A program made the position numbers and the translations under genes. From contig SKXR01000134.1 in NCBI GenBank assembly GCA_007128275.1, positions 1 to 35,234 on the forward strand: a stretch of 35,234 nt of DNA, given 5' to 3'. This stretch comes from Kiritimatiellia bacterium. GTDB lineage: Bacteria > Verrucomicrobiota > Kiritimatiellia > SLAD01. Positions 17,079-26,860 of this stretch are shown here, one piece after another (position 1 is the first letter of the stretch; every line of letters begins with the position of its first letter). The notes below the pieces were generated by a model that was given only the letters and a program-made list of their open reading frames with translations, made no database searches and was not told where the DNA came from.

Positions 17079-18374
17079 TCACGGCTCGATATACAGTTCC
17101 ACATCCTTTCGCAAGGTCACGCCGAATTCGTTCCATCCAATGACAGCCACATAGACGCGGCCCGGTCGATAGGCTGTCAATGGCCTGTTGCCGGAATACC
17201 AGCCATTGTCCTCCAGAGAGAGGTCCCACTCGAGCGGAGGAAGCGGTTCCTGATACATCAACACACGGACTCCGGCATTGGTTCCAAATCCTTCCAAGCT
17301 CACGTCGTGGACGCGCACATACAGCGACTCGTCACGGTAGAAGTGTGTCACGTCGGCATCGCCGTCCGCCCTATTCGAGAAACCGATGAACAGGACGTGC
17401 CGGGAGGGTGTGGAGTCGAGAACCCCTCTGTCGACATCGCGTGTTCCCGGTCCGGCGATTTCGGGAAGGGCAGGGCGGGAAATGGGTCCCCCTGTATGCG
17501 GGGCGTACTCAGGAGTAGAAGAAGCCTCCATGGCCGACGGTCGCATTTCGCTTGCCGTCATAGGGGCTGTTTCTATGGAGCTGCTACTCAGGAGACCGGC
17601 CAAATCAGTTTCCGTAAGCACTCGGTTGTAGATTCGGATGTCATCGAGGCGTCCATAGAAGTAGGGACGGGGATTCCCGTTCTGGTCAATAAAGCCCGCG
17701 CCAATGATGAGGTCCGCAGAAGTAAATAAGTCATATGAGCCTACGGCCTGTCTCTTGACTCTTGTCCCATTAATAAACAGCTCGCCCACCCCTTGGTTTC
17801 GGTCATAGGTCACCATCATGTGATGCCACTGTAAGGGGGGCGGATCGGCAAAGCTGATGACGCGTTCGAGCCGGTCTTGGCGGCCATCCGCCCCGATCAA
17901 ATGCGTGCCTGTACCCAAACCCCGCCATTGGTAGCCATGCACATGGGACCATATCTGCGGTCCAAGTCGGATCGGTAATCGGGTGGTATCGACCCAGCTC
18001 ACCAAGGGCAACTGATCCTGATAGGCAGACACATAGAAGAACAAGGAAACCGTCAACTGATCCTGAATAGCAAGCGACTCGCTAGCGGGAACACGGATAT
18101 AGTTACTCGCGCCGTCAAAGGAAAAGGATCCGCCGATGCTCCCTTCCGGATGGAATTGAGCCCCGTGTATGACGCCATCATTTCCATGCCTGCTATGATC
18201 ACGGACCAAGGAAGTTTCTTCGGCGTCAAATGGGAAATGAAGGACCAGGCCGTCGGTTGCAACCCCTTCGGATGCATGGCACCACGTCGTCAGGACAATG
18301 AATGCGACCCGCAGGCTGTTTCGAGCGCCGGCAACGGCCGGCATGGAACGAGTAGCATATGAAGCACGTTTCAT
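17079..18374 (-). CDS. Secreted LamG/concanavalin-A-like lectin-domain protein with Pro/Ser/Thr linker and C-terminal beta-rich domain
   Basis: Signal-like N-terminus, GLVLHFPFD..DHSRHGNDG, FSFDG, WHHMMVTYD, LFING, FYGRLDDIRIYNRVLT. Confidence 0.82.
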   Translation of the reverse strand: MKRASYATRSMPAVAGARNSLRVAFIVLTTWCHASEGVATDGLVLHFPFDAEETSLVRDHSRHGNDGVIHGAQFHPEGSIGGSFSFDGASNYIRVPASESLAIQDQLTVSLFFYVSAYQDQLPLVSWVDTTRLPIRLGPQIWSHVHGYQWRGLGTGTHLIGADGRQDRLERVISFADPPPLQWHHMMVTYDRNQGVGELFINGTRVKRQAVGSYDLFTSADLIIGAGFIDQNGNPRPYFYGRLDDIRIYNRVLTETDLAGLLSSSSIETAPMTASEMRPSAMEASSTPEYAPHTGGPISRPALPEIAGPGTRDVDRGVLDSTPSRHVLFIGFSNRADGDADVTHFYRDESLYVRVHDVSLEGFGTNAGVRVLMYQEPLPPLEWDLSLEDNGWYSGNRPLTAYRPGRVYVAVIGWNEFGVTLRKDVELYIEP

Positions 18375-18415
18375 CGATCAGGCCCATTGTGAGGGTCTTC
18401 CTGGAAAATGGCAAG

Positions 18416-19468
18416 CTACGAGCCGACGTATCGGGCTTCGTCAATCAGTTCGTGCATCAACTCGACCACCCGCAGGCCTTCGTGTGCGTTCATCCCTTGC
18501 AGGCAGTCTTCGCCCTGCATGGCGCGATAAAACCGCCGCACCACTTCATCGTTCCCGTAATGATGCTTCTTCCGGAGGTACCGAAAACCGCCGGTCAGCA
18601 CGCCGCGAAAGTGCTGGCCGGCGCCGGTCAGGCTTGTCCATAGAATGTCCTTTGCGCTGTGCACCCCGTCGTTGGGCAATCGCACATAGATGTCGCGCCA
18701 CACGTCAATGTCTGCAGTGGCCTTTTCCCCGACGACGGTCACATGCCATTCCGTAATGCTTGCGTCGAAATTGATATGGAGGAACACGGGAAACCCGTCC
18801 GGTGCGCGGTATTCCGCGTTGACGGCGCGCGGGGTGTTCCGGCCTTCCATCGCAGCTTGCCAGACGGTAGAAGAGACGAGGTCGATCTCTCCCCCGGTCA
18901 GGCATCGAAACATGTAGTAGAAGTGAGGGGCCTCGTCATAGAAGAGTCCTAGCGGCAGACGGTCGCACCAGTCCGGTATATTCCGTTTATGATTGCACAA
19001 TTGAACGCCATACACCGCCTTGATGGAACCTATCCGTTCCCGTTCGACGTCGTCCAGGAACGATCGGGCGGCCCGCCCGAACTGGAAGTTATGGACCACG
19101 GCGAGGACGCGTTGTTGGTCTTCAGCGAGCGCGATGAGTTGGCGTGCGTCTTTCGGATCGACCGTCATGGGTTTCTCGGTCAGCACATGCTTCCCCGCAC
19201 GCAGCGCCGCGTCAGCGATCGTATGGTGGACGTGCGGAATCGTCCCGATCATGACGGCATCGGTATCGGCCAACCAACCCTTTGAGAAGTCCAAGTCCGT
19301 GGTGTGATTGGCAATGCCATGACGAACGGCCGTTTGCCGTGCCCGGTCGGCCTTATCAGAAACGACGCCCAAGATGTGATACAATCCGGACTTCTGCAAG
19401 GCGTTGAGGTGGCGGTTGTTTGCGACCCAGCCACCGCCGATACTGGCGATCTTCACTCGTGGGTTCAT
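18416..19468 (-). CDS. Gfo/Idh/MocA family oxidoreductase
   Basis: IGGGWVA, IGTIPHVH, AGKHVLTEKP, VVHNFQF, GLFYDEAPH. Confidence 0.88.
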   Translation of the reverse strand: MNPRVKIASIGGGWVANNRHLNALQKSGLYHILGVVSDKADRARQTAVRHGIANHTTDLDFSKGWLADTDAVMIGTIPHVHHTIADAALRAGKHVLTEKPMTVDPKDARQLIALAEDQQRVLAVVHNFQFGRAARSFLDDVERERIGSIKAVYGVQLCNHKRNIPDWCDRLPLGLFYDEAPHFYYMFRCLTGGEIDLVSSTVWQAAMEGRNTPRAVNAEYRAPDGFPVFLHINFDASITEWHVTVVGEKATADIDVWRDIYVRLPNDGVHSAKDILWTSLTGAGQHFRGVLTGGFRYLRKKHHYGNDEVVRRFYRAMQGEDCLQGMNAHEGLRVVELMHELIDEARYVGS

Positions 19469-19481
19469 GCGAAATATGCGT

Positions 19482-19529
19482 TTGCACTGATCAGGGGTTC
19501 TCTATACGTTATGCGCATCGGATCGTCAA
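19482..19529. promoter_or_regulatory. Overlapping divergent sigma70-like promoters
   Basis: Plus: TTGCAC(19482-87)-N17-TACGTT(19505-10); minus: TTGACG(19529-24)-N17-TATAGA(19506-01). Confidence 0.5.
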
Positions 19530-19598
19530 CCTGATTAGACGCACTGGCCTGCCGCATGGCGGGTGCAGTGCCATGTACGCTTTTCACATGCTCCAGTC

Positions 19599-20573
19599 AT
19601 GGGTTTCAAGAAACATAACTCTTTACGTATCGCCCTGCATCGCAGGCTGCAACATGTCTGGCCGTGGTATGTCCATGCCAAAGCCTGTTGCCGGTATGGT
19701 ATGACCTATCCGCGAAGCCTTATGACCGCTTCCCGAAGACTGTCGGCGTTGCCGCCCATCAGCGTAGACAGGGAGGGGGCTCTGGAAGTGCATATGCTGG
19801 TCTGCCATCGGGATTGGAAAGCGGCGGCCTGGGCCGCGTATTCGTGGTATTATCACTCGGAGCGACGGGATCCCTTCTATCTCCATGACGATGGGACATT
19901 GGGACCGGAGCAGAAGGAGGTGTTCGAGCGCATCTTCCCGGGCGTACACTACGTGGAGCGCGCATCGGCTGATCGCGAGATGGCGCAGGTCCTCGATCCC
20001 GTGAAGCACCCCGCCTGTCGTGAATTCCGCAGGACAGAAATCATGGGCGTCAAACTGTTCGACGCATGGCATATGGGCGCGAGTCCGTATATTCTGAATC
20101 TCGACTCGGATGTGTTGTTTTTTAAACGCCCGGACACGCTTCTCCGCTACCTGTCTGCGATCCATGGCGGTGAACGCATGAATAACCTGTTCCTTCAGGA
20201 TGCCATTGCTTCCTATAGTTACTACAGCGTGTCGCCGGAGCGCATACGTGAAGCCTTTGATGTGTCGATGCCGAAGACATTCAATGCGGGTATGGGATTC
20301 ATTGATCGCCAGGCGATGGACCTGGACACGGTGGAGCGTTTTCTTGTGGCCTTTTCGGAGCGTGACGGCTACAGCGCCTTCATGGAGCAGACGGTGTGGG
20401 CTTTCCTCAGTGCGAGACACGGCCTGGAGTTGCTGGATCCGTCTCAGTATCTGGTGCTGCAACGCGCCGCCGAAGACAAGCTTGAGGGCGTTGTGGCCTG
20501 CCACTATGCCGGGGCGGCGCGGGCGTCATTCTACACCCACGGCGTGCCCCTTTTCTTGGCGGGAGGTCCGTGA
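19599..20573 (+). CDS. GT-A fold glycosyltransferase (GT8-like)
   Basis: LHDDGTL, KLFD, LDSDVLFF (DxD), FNAGM, EQT, HYAG; start uncertain (19563, 19599 or 19701). Confidence 0.7.
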   Translation: MGFKKHNSLRIALHRRLQHVWPWYVHAKACCRYGMTYPRSLMTASRRLSALPPISVDREGALEVHMLVCHRDWKAAAWAAYSWYYHSERRDPFYLHDDGTLGPEQKEVFERIFPGVHYVERASADREMAQVLDPVKHPACREFRRTEIMGVKLFDAWHMGASPYILNLDSDVLFFKRPDTLLRYLSAIHGGERMNNLFLQDAIASYSYYSVSPERIREAFDVSMPKTFNAGMGFIDRQAMDLDTVERFLVAFSERDGYSAFMEQTVWAFLSARHGLELLDPSQYLVLQRAAEDKLEGVVACHYAGAARASFYTHGVPLFLAGGP

Positions 20574-20574
20574 G

Positions 20575-21396
20575 ATGAATTGGGCACGCCTCTATCAACG
20601 CTTTGAACAATCTCCCGTCTGGGCCTGGGTATGGCGGACTTTGCGCTTGCCCCGTGTAGTCAACGCCTTTCTTAGGCGGGTCCCCCTGCGACGCACGCAC
20701 GGCGCATTTCGATGGCGTGCGCGCGATATAGAGAGTTTCATTCTGGCCCACGAAATATTGGGATCACCCATGAAATATGATGTGTCGCTTTTCCCGTCCC
20801 CGATACGGACGTTTATTGATCTTGGTTGTCATGCCGGATACTTCACCGGCCTCCTTCAACAGATCTCCGGTTCGACGTGCCGAGGTCTGATGGTGGACGC
20901 CAACCCCGACATGATTCGTGAAGCCGAATGGCACATCCGGGAAAATGGGTGGGAAGGAGTACGTGCCATCTGGGGGCTCGCCGGGAATAGCGAGGCGGAG
21001 GGCGATGCGCCTTTTTTCATTCATCGTTGTTCCGTGTGCTCCTCCTTATATACCAATGCCAGCTGGTTTGAGGACAAACCGGTTCGGGAATTGCGGGTTC
21101 CTTCACTCCGTGTCGGCGAATTGTGGGAAACGCACAATCCCGGATTGACGGTGGACCTGCTTAAAGTGGATATCGAGGGGGCGGAACTCACATTCATAAA
21201 AAACGAGCAAGAATTACTGAAGCGGACTCAGACAATTCTTCTTGAGTGGCACACGTACGCCTGTGATCTTTCCGAAATCGACTCGATGCTGGAAGGCCTC
21301 GGCTTTGTTCGCGGAGCGTGTTTAGAGAAGGAGAAAGAGGTCGAAACCTATCTGTATACGAGGGAAGCGAGTGCGATTTCGTCATTGCAGGAATAG
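20575..21396 (+). CDS. FkbM family SAM-dependent methyltransferase
   Basis: FIDLGCHAGYF, VDANP, VDLLKVDIEGAE, ILLEWH; GGAGG RBS before ATG 20575. Confidence 0.85.
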   Translation: MNWARLYQRFEQSPVWAWVWRTLRLPRVVNAFLRRVPLRRTHGAFRWRARDIESFILAHEILGSPMKYDVSLFPSPIRTFIDLGCHAGYFTGLLQQISGSTCRGLMVDANPDMIREAEWHIRENGWEGVRAIWGLAGNSEAEGDAPFFIHRCSVCSSLYTNASWFEDKPVRELRVPSLRVGELWETHNPGLTVDLLKVDIEGAELTFIKNEQELLKRTQTILLEWHTYACDLSEIDSMLEGLGFVRGACLEKEKEVETYLYTREASAISSLQE

Positions 21397-21410
21397 GGAC
21401 GCGAGAACCC

Positions 21411-23456
21411 ATGAATCGTAAACAAATAGCTTGGTGCTTGATCCCCGTGGTGCTTGGGGGAGTCTATTTCCGCCTTGCGGGGCTGGGCGATGCGGCATTA
21501 CGCGCCGATTCCATAGAATTATGGCGGATTTGCCAACAACCAATCACGGGGTCGGTCATATTCACCAACTGGTTTGACCTGATGGGGGTGACCGGACAGT
21601 TTCCATTTCAAGCAGCCTTCACCCGGTGGGTCTTGGATGTGCTTTCACTTCCGCTGAATCATTTCACCTTCCGGTTTCCCTCGGCTTTGTGGGGGATCCT
21701 GACGATTATCGCCGCATATGGTTTGGGGAAATCCGTGCGCGACGAACGCGCGGGGCTGCTATTGGCGGCCCTCGTTGCGAGTAATCCGTTTCATATCCAA
21801 ATATCGCGCGAGGCCTATTTCTATTCCCCGCTCGTGTTGGGGGCGTGTTTATCCGCGTGGGGCGCTGTCTGGGCAATTCGCCGATGGCAGGAAGGCGCGC
21901 CGAAGCCCCTTCGCCATAACCTTGGTTTCATAGCCTTGAATATTTCAGGATTCTTCCTGCTGACCTACAGCCAGCCGACGGGATGGGCGTTGGCGTTGGC
22001 CTGCAGCGCAACCGTAATGGTCCTGGAAGTCATGCGGGTTACCGGAATACGCCGTCTGGACTGGGCCTTCACCGGGATGGCCTCCGGATATATCGCGGTT
22101 GGCTTGCCGCTTCTCTTGGCTCCGTGGGCCTTGCGCCAAGTCTTGCAGATATCGCGCGCCGAAGCACGCGAGGTCACGGAACTGGCGCTCGTCGCCACCA
22201 CCGATACGGTGTGGACCATGAGCTATCGGACGATCACGTCCTTTGCATGGGGCGGTACGGCATGGCGCGCTTCACTGTCGATCGTGGCGCTTGTAGCGGG
22301 GTTGTACGTCGTAGCGCGTCACTGGAAGGCTCGAAAACACCAACTCTTTCTTCCGGCCCTGATCACTGTTGGCCTTCTGAGTTTTCTTCATGCGCGCGCA
22401 CAGGCCGGCGCCCTGTTCGAAACAAGGTATGTTCTGGGATTGCTTCCGGCCTATCTCGCGTTGTTGACATTGGGATTGTTACATCTGGGCGAGGTGCTCG
22501 CGCGTCTCCGGCCTGGATGCAACCAAACGCTCTGTTACGCCCTCGTGCTGGGGGTAGGGATCGTGCCCGGTCTTTATCCCGCGTATCTTTGCACCCGGCA
22601 GACCGGTCAGCCGACGCCGTATAAGGAGATCGCCAAATGGTTTGACACCCAAATGCCGGAGGGGATTCCCGTCCTCGTCGATCGTTGGTTTGAACCGTGG
22701 AACGAATTGCGCGTCTACGATTCAGAGAATGTGGAGTTTACATTTACCATCCCCAATGAGCCCGTGAATGTGTTTCTGCAATACGATTGGCGCGGAACCG
22801 CTGAATCGTTCTTCCGTGCAAATCCCGATGCGGCTTATCTCGAAATCGCCAAGTCTTATTGGAACGTGCCGGCGGTGGGGCCGTGGGAGTGGCCCCGGGA
22901 ATACTTCACCCACTCAACATCCATCGTCAATCATGCCGGCGTCAAGTTGAGGGAATTGGGTCTGGCCAATCGTAGTGATTATTACGGGCCCTATACGAAT
23001 CACGTTGTTGTGGAAATATTCTACAATACCCGCGAGGATGTGCTGGAAAAGCTGAAGCTATCCCAGGTGCCGTATTTCACATTCTACGACGAAGGCTGGC
23101 GATATATGAAATCCGGACCGTTCGGGTTCCTTGAATTGCAATCCCAGCAGATGGTCGACTGGCGAGCGATGAAGGAACGGGCGGTTCTCCATGTGGCGAA
23201 TCTGACGGATGAGACTGCGCGTGTGGTCGTACGGATTCAAGGAGTGGCCTTGGATGGAACCAAATCCATGGTGGCCAACGATCAGTTCCGAATGCAGTTT
23301 CGACCGGGCACGATGGAGGCGTGGATGATCGGGCCCATCGACTTGCCGCCGGGTATCACGGAAGTCACGTTACGCGATCAGCGTGGCGCACAGTCGAGGG
23401 CGCGGTTACTGGTCCAAAGTGCGGTCGTTCAACCCGTGGAAAGGGAAAGCCCATGA
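21411..23456 (+). CDS. GT-C fold membrane glycosyltransferase (ArnT/PMT-like) with large C-terminal extracytoplasmic domain
   Basis: YFRLAGLG..LRADS, RFPSALWGILTI, GLLLAALVASNPFHIQISREAYFYS, ETRYVL; many TM helices. Confidence 0.82.
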   Translation: MNRKQIAWCLIPVVLGGVYFRLAGLGDAALRADSIELWRICQQPITGSVIFTNWFDLMGVTGQFPFQAAFTRWVLDVLSLPLNHFTFRFPSALWGILTIIAAYGLGKSVRDERAGLLLAALVASNPFHIQISREAYFYSPLVLGACLSAWGAVWAIRRWQEGAPKPLRHNLGFIALNISGFFLLTYSQPTGWALALACSATVMVLEVMRVTGIRRLDWAFTGMASGYIAVGLPLLLAPWALRQVLQISRAEAREVTELALVATTDTVWTMSYRTITSFAWGGTAWRASLSIVALVAGLYVVARHWKARKHQLFLPALITVGLLSFLHARAQAGALFETRYVLGLLPAYLALLTLGLLHLGEVLARLRPGCNQTLCYALVLGVGIVPGLYPAYLCTRQTGQPTPYKEIAKWFDTQMPEGIPVLVDRWFEPWNELRVYDSENVEFTFTIPNEPVNVFLQYDWRGTAESFFRANPDAAYLEIAKSYWNVPAVGPWEWPREYFTHSTSIVNHAGVKLRELGLANRSDYYGPYTNHVVVEIFYNTREDVLEKLKLSQVPYFTFYDEGWRYMKSGPFGFLELQSQQMVDWRAMKERAVLHVANLTDETARVVVRIQGVALDGTKSMVANDQFRMQFRPGTMEAWMIGPIDLPPGITEVTLRDQRGAQSRARLLVQSAVVQPVERESP

Positions 23457-23505
23457 AGGGCGGGGAAGGCCGTACGCAAGCGAACCGTCGTCGGGAGACG
23501 CCGCT

Positions 23506-24753
23506 TTGACGGGATCCCATCAAGACGGGCTTTTTCGACACAGCATTCTACTGCTGATCGCCACGCAAATCGGGAACGTGTGTAATCTGCTGTTTCAGAT
23601 GCTGATGATGCGGAGTTTGTCGGACGTGGAATACGGCATTCTGGCTTCGATGTTGAGCTTGATCTTGATCATGGGAACGCCGCTTGAAGCGCTCCGAACG
23701 GCGGTCGCGCATCGGGTCGCGTTGTTGAGTCGATTGCATCAAGCCCATGCCATTCGACACCTGCTCAAGCATTGGGCGCGTATATTGGGCATGGCCTCGG
23801 GTGTGATTGTTATGCTGGGGCTTGCGCTCAGTTATCCGGTGGCCCAATTCTTCCATTTGCCGAGCGTCCTGCCGGTCTTGCTCACCGTGTTCATCATTGG
23901 CGGCACTTTATTCATGCCGTATTTCGCAGGCGGATTGCAGGGCATGCAGGCCTTCCCTTGGATGGCGGCCCACGGCCAGATATGGGGGATTCTGCGGTTC
24001 CTTTTGGCCCTGCTTCTCGTCTATACGGTCAGTCAGACCGCCCTGACAGGGTTGACCGCCCACGCGCTGGGTGTGGTCGCCAGCATCGTGTTCGGGATCT
24101 ATGCGTTTTATCATGTCATGCGCACGGAATCAGCCGCGACGGACGTCGAATTCAGCGGCGGCAAATACTTTCTCATGTCGCTGTTTGTGTTGGCGGGTTA
24201 TGCCGTGCTGATGAATGCGGATATTGCCCTCGTGAAGCGATACTTCTCTCCGGAAGAGGCTGGCCTCTTCGCCAAGGCCGCGACGATCAGTCGAAGTATT
24301 ATCTTTTTGCCGGTGCCCATTGCCGCCGTCATGTTCCCGAAAGTGGTATCTTCGGGATTATCGACGCTGGCGGATCGAGGGATCCTCTTGCGCGCGGTGC
24401 TCTTCACGACCGCGCTCATTGTGGTGTCCGCCACCGTCTGTACGTGGGCCGTCGATCCGATCTGGCGTGTGTTTACGGGCGAGTACCCGGACGCGGATAC
24501 CCGGTTTCTGGTGCGTTGGATCCTTTGGGCGATGGCGCCGCTGGGATTGACCTTCTTGTTGATGAACTTTGAGTTGGCGCAGCACCGGTTCAAGGCGCCT
24601 TCGGTACTGGTGTTGCTGGCCTTGGTCTATGTCGGCGGTGTCGCGATCTGGCATGAAAGCTACGCGCACGTGCTCCTGGTGTTGACGTTCGTCAGCGTCT
24701 CTTCTCTGGTGGTTATGGTGGTAGACATGCTCCGGGCGCCGAAACCGACGTAA
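23506..24753 (+). CDS. Wzx/MOP-superfamily oligosaccharide flippase
   Basis: About 12 TM helices, LSDVEYG, GGLQGMQAF, NADIALVKRYFSPEEAGLF, VMFPKV; TTG start at 23506 after GGGAGA (ORF track starts at 23383). Confidence 0.85.
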   Translation: MTGSHQDGLFRHSILLLIATQIGNVCNLLFQMLMMRSLSDVEYGILASMLSLILIMGTPLEALRTAVAHRVALLSRLHQAHAIRHLLKHWARILGMASGVIVMLGLALSYPVAQFFHLPSVLPVLLTVFIIGGTLFMPYFAGGLQGMQAFPWMAAHGQIWGILRFLLALLLVYTVSQTALTGLTAHALGVVASIVFGIYAFYHVMRTESAATDVEFSGGKYFLMSLFVLAGYAVLMNADIALVKRYFSPEEAGLFAKAATISRSIIFLPVPIAAVMFPKVVSSGLSTLADRGILLRAVLFTTALIVVSATVCTWAVDPIWRVFTGEYPDADTRFLVRWILWAMAPLGLTFLLMNFELAQHRFKAPSVLVLLALVYVGGVAIWHESYAHVLLVLTFVSVSSLVVMVVDMLRAPKPT

Positions 24754-24849
24754 CGGTCCGTGCGGGTCATGGAAATTCTGCTTGGTCGCGCCGGGGCTTT
24801 GTGAATAATCCCGTACGTACGCGGGTGTCCTGTTGCAAGAGAAAGTTGT

Positions 24850-26067
24850 GTGAGTGATATGCTGAAGCAAAAAGAGATTGTGGTTATCGGCGGCTGCGGG
24901 CATGTGGGCTTGCCGCTTGGAATCAAACTGGAGTTGGCCGGCGGAAAGGTGTCGCTCATTGATCTGAATGAGAAAGCCGTGGGTATGGTCAACGCGGGCA
25001 CGCTCCCGTTCGTGGAGGATGGGGGAGAAACGCAGCTCCGTGACGCCTTGGCAAAAGGACTGAAAGCCACAACCGACCCGGCACCGTGCAAGACGGCCGA
25101 TGTTTGTATCTTCGTGACGGGGACCCCCGTGGACGAACATCTCAAGCCGAAGCTGTCGGAATTGAATGACGTGGTGGCGCAATACCTTCCGCAGATACGC
25201 AAAGACGCGCTGGTCATTATGCGTTCCACCCTGTTCCCGGGGACGATGTCTTATATCGCGGAACGCATCAAGAGTACCCGTCCGGACCTTTTGTTGGCCT
25301 TCTGTCCCGAACGCGTAGCACAGGGTAAGGCGCTTAAGGAAATTGAGTCGCTTCCCCAAATTGTTTCCGCATTTGACGAGGCCTCATTCCAGGCCGCCTA
25401 TGAAATCTTCAGGGCCTTGGCGCCGTCCGTCATTCGTTTGACGCCCTTGGAAGCGGAGGTGACCAAGGTCATGGCGAATGCGTGGCGCTACATCGAGTTT
25501 GCCATTGCCAACCAGTTTTATGTCATTGCCGACAGCAACGGGGTGGACTTTCAACGCGTCTATCAAGCGTTGCGCTATGACTACCCGCGCGCGGCTGGGT
25601 ATAAGGCGCCGGGCTTTGCCGGCGGCCCCTGTCTATTCAAGGATACGATGCAACTCGCCAGCTTCGATGAACAACAGTTTCATCTGGGGCACACCGCCAT
25701 GTTGGTGAACGAAGGATTGGCCTCTTTTGCCGTGAAGAAGTTGTCGCGCATGTTCGACTCTTCGTTGAAGGGGGTGACGGTGGGTATTCTGGGAATGACC
25801 TTCAAGGCGGGAGACGATGACACGCGTAATTCATTGAGCTTTCGTGTTCGCAAAGAACTCGATTTCGGCGGGGCCGAGGTGCTGTGCCATGATCCGTTTC
25901 AGTCCGACGGTCCCTCCCTCGAGGAAGTGCTGGAGAAGGCGGATGCATTTATCCTTTGCACGCCGCACAAAGAGTATCGGGGTCTGGACATCACGAAGCC
26001 CGTGGTGGACGTTTGGGGATTGTTGCATCAATCGGAAATCGAGATATTACCCGGCCGTAAGGGATAA
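24850..26067 (+). CDS. Nucleotide-sugar 6-dehydrogenase (WecC/WbpO-like branch)
   Basis: GGCGHVGLP, MRSTLFPGT, FCPERVAQG, EVTKVMANAWRY, GFAGGPCLFKD (Cys intact), LGMTFKAGDDDTRNS. Confidence 0.9.
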   Translation: MSDMLKQKEIVVIGGCGHVGLPLGIKLELAGGKVSLIDLNEKAVGMVNAGTLPFVEDGGETQLRDALAKGLKATTDPAPCKTADVCIFVTGTPVDEHLKPKLSELNDVVAQYLPQIRKDALVIMRSTLFPGTMSYIAERIKSTRPDLLLAFCPERVAQGKALKEIESLPQIVSAFDEASFQAAYEIFRALAPSVIRLTPLEAEVTKVMANAWRYIEFAIANQFYVIADSNGVDFQRVYQALRYDYPRAAGYKAPGFAGGPCLFKDTMQLASFDEQQFHLGHTAMLVNEGLASFAVKKLSRMFDSSLKGVTVGILGMTFKAGDDDTRNSLSFRVRKELDFGGAEVLCHDPFQSDGPSLEEVLEKADAFILCTPHKEYRGLDITKPVVDVWGLLHQSEIEILPGRKG

Positions 26068-26185
26068 GCGCTTCGCGGGATGGACAGCAGAATGGGCGTA
26101 TGTTTGCTGGCGCTGATTGTCCTCCGCGATCGGATATTTACTGGCGTTTGTGATAGGAGTCGATCTCGTGATCGGGATGCGGCAC

Positions 26186-26860
26186 TCAAGGAGTGCGGGG
26201 CTTGAAGCGCTTTGTCGTATAGGTGCGTAGAGCGGAGATGACAGGCTCGATGGCGGGATATGGCTGATACCCTTTCGGCGTGATCAGAAAGCCCCAGGAC
26301 AGCGGTTGCATGATGGACAGCCCGTACACGATTCGCCAATACCACAAATACTTCTGCATACAGGGGGCGACCAATACCTCGTGTTGGCCAAGATTCGAAC
26401 GCTCTACAAAGCGATGGGCGATATCACGGAAGAAGGCCAGGGAATGATCGTGGTTCCATCCGAGGACGTTCAACACCCAATTTCCATTGTTGGGGACCGT
26501 GATGAAAACGAGACTTCCATGCGTCTCCACGCTCCTGGCCAATTCGTTCATTAACTCGTAATGATAATTAATATGTTCAAGCGTTTCCATGCATAAGATT
26601 ACTTCGGGCCTGTATCCGGTAATAATATCGCGTATCTGACCTATTGAGTCAGGCTCGTTGAAGTTGACAATGTAATCGACCGAAGGCTTGGGTTGGTAAT
26701 CCACAATGCGATAGTCGTGCGCTGACTTTTCAATGAGACCGTACTTGATGGCAAAAGCACTTTTCGGGTCGCATCCTTCCATCTTTTGCCCACCAATATC
26801 CAGCACGCGGGCATTCTCCGATAGGCGGGTCGCAAAATCGATTCTATCTATGGTCATCAT
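26186..26860 (-). CDS. Class I SAM-dependent methyltransferase-like protein
   Basis: RVLDIGG, IVDY, ILCMETLEHI, VFITVPN, H.H motif. Confidence 0.7.
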   Translation of the reverse strand: MMTIDRIDFATRLSENARVLDIGGQKMEGCDPKSAFAIKYGLIEKSAHDYRIVDYQPKPSVDYIVNFNEPDSIGQIRDIITGYRPEVILCMETLEHINYHYELMNELARSVETHGSLVFITVPNNGNWVLNVLGWNHDHSLAFFRDIAHRFVERSNLGQHEVLVAPCMQKYLWYWRIVYGLSIMQPLSWGFLITPKGYQPYPAIEPVISALRTYTTKRFKPRTP

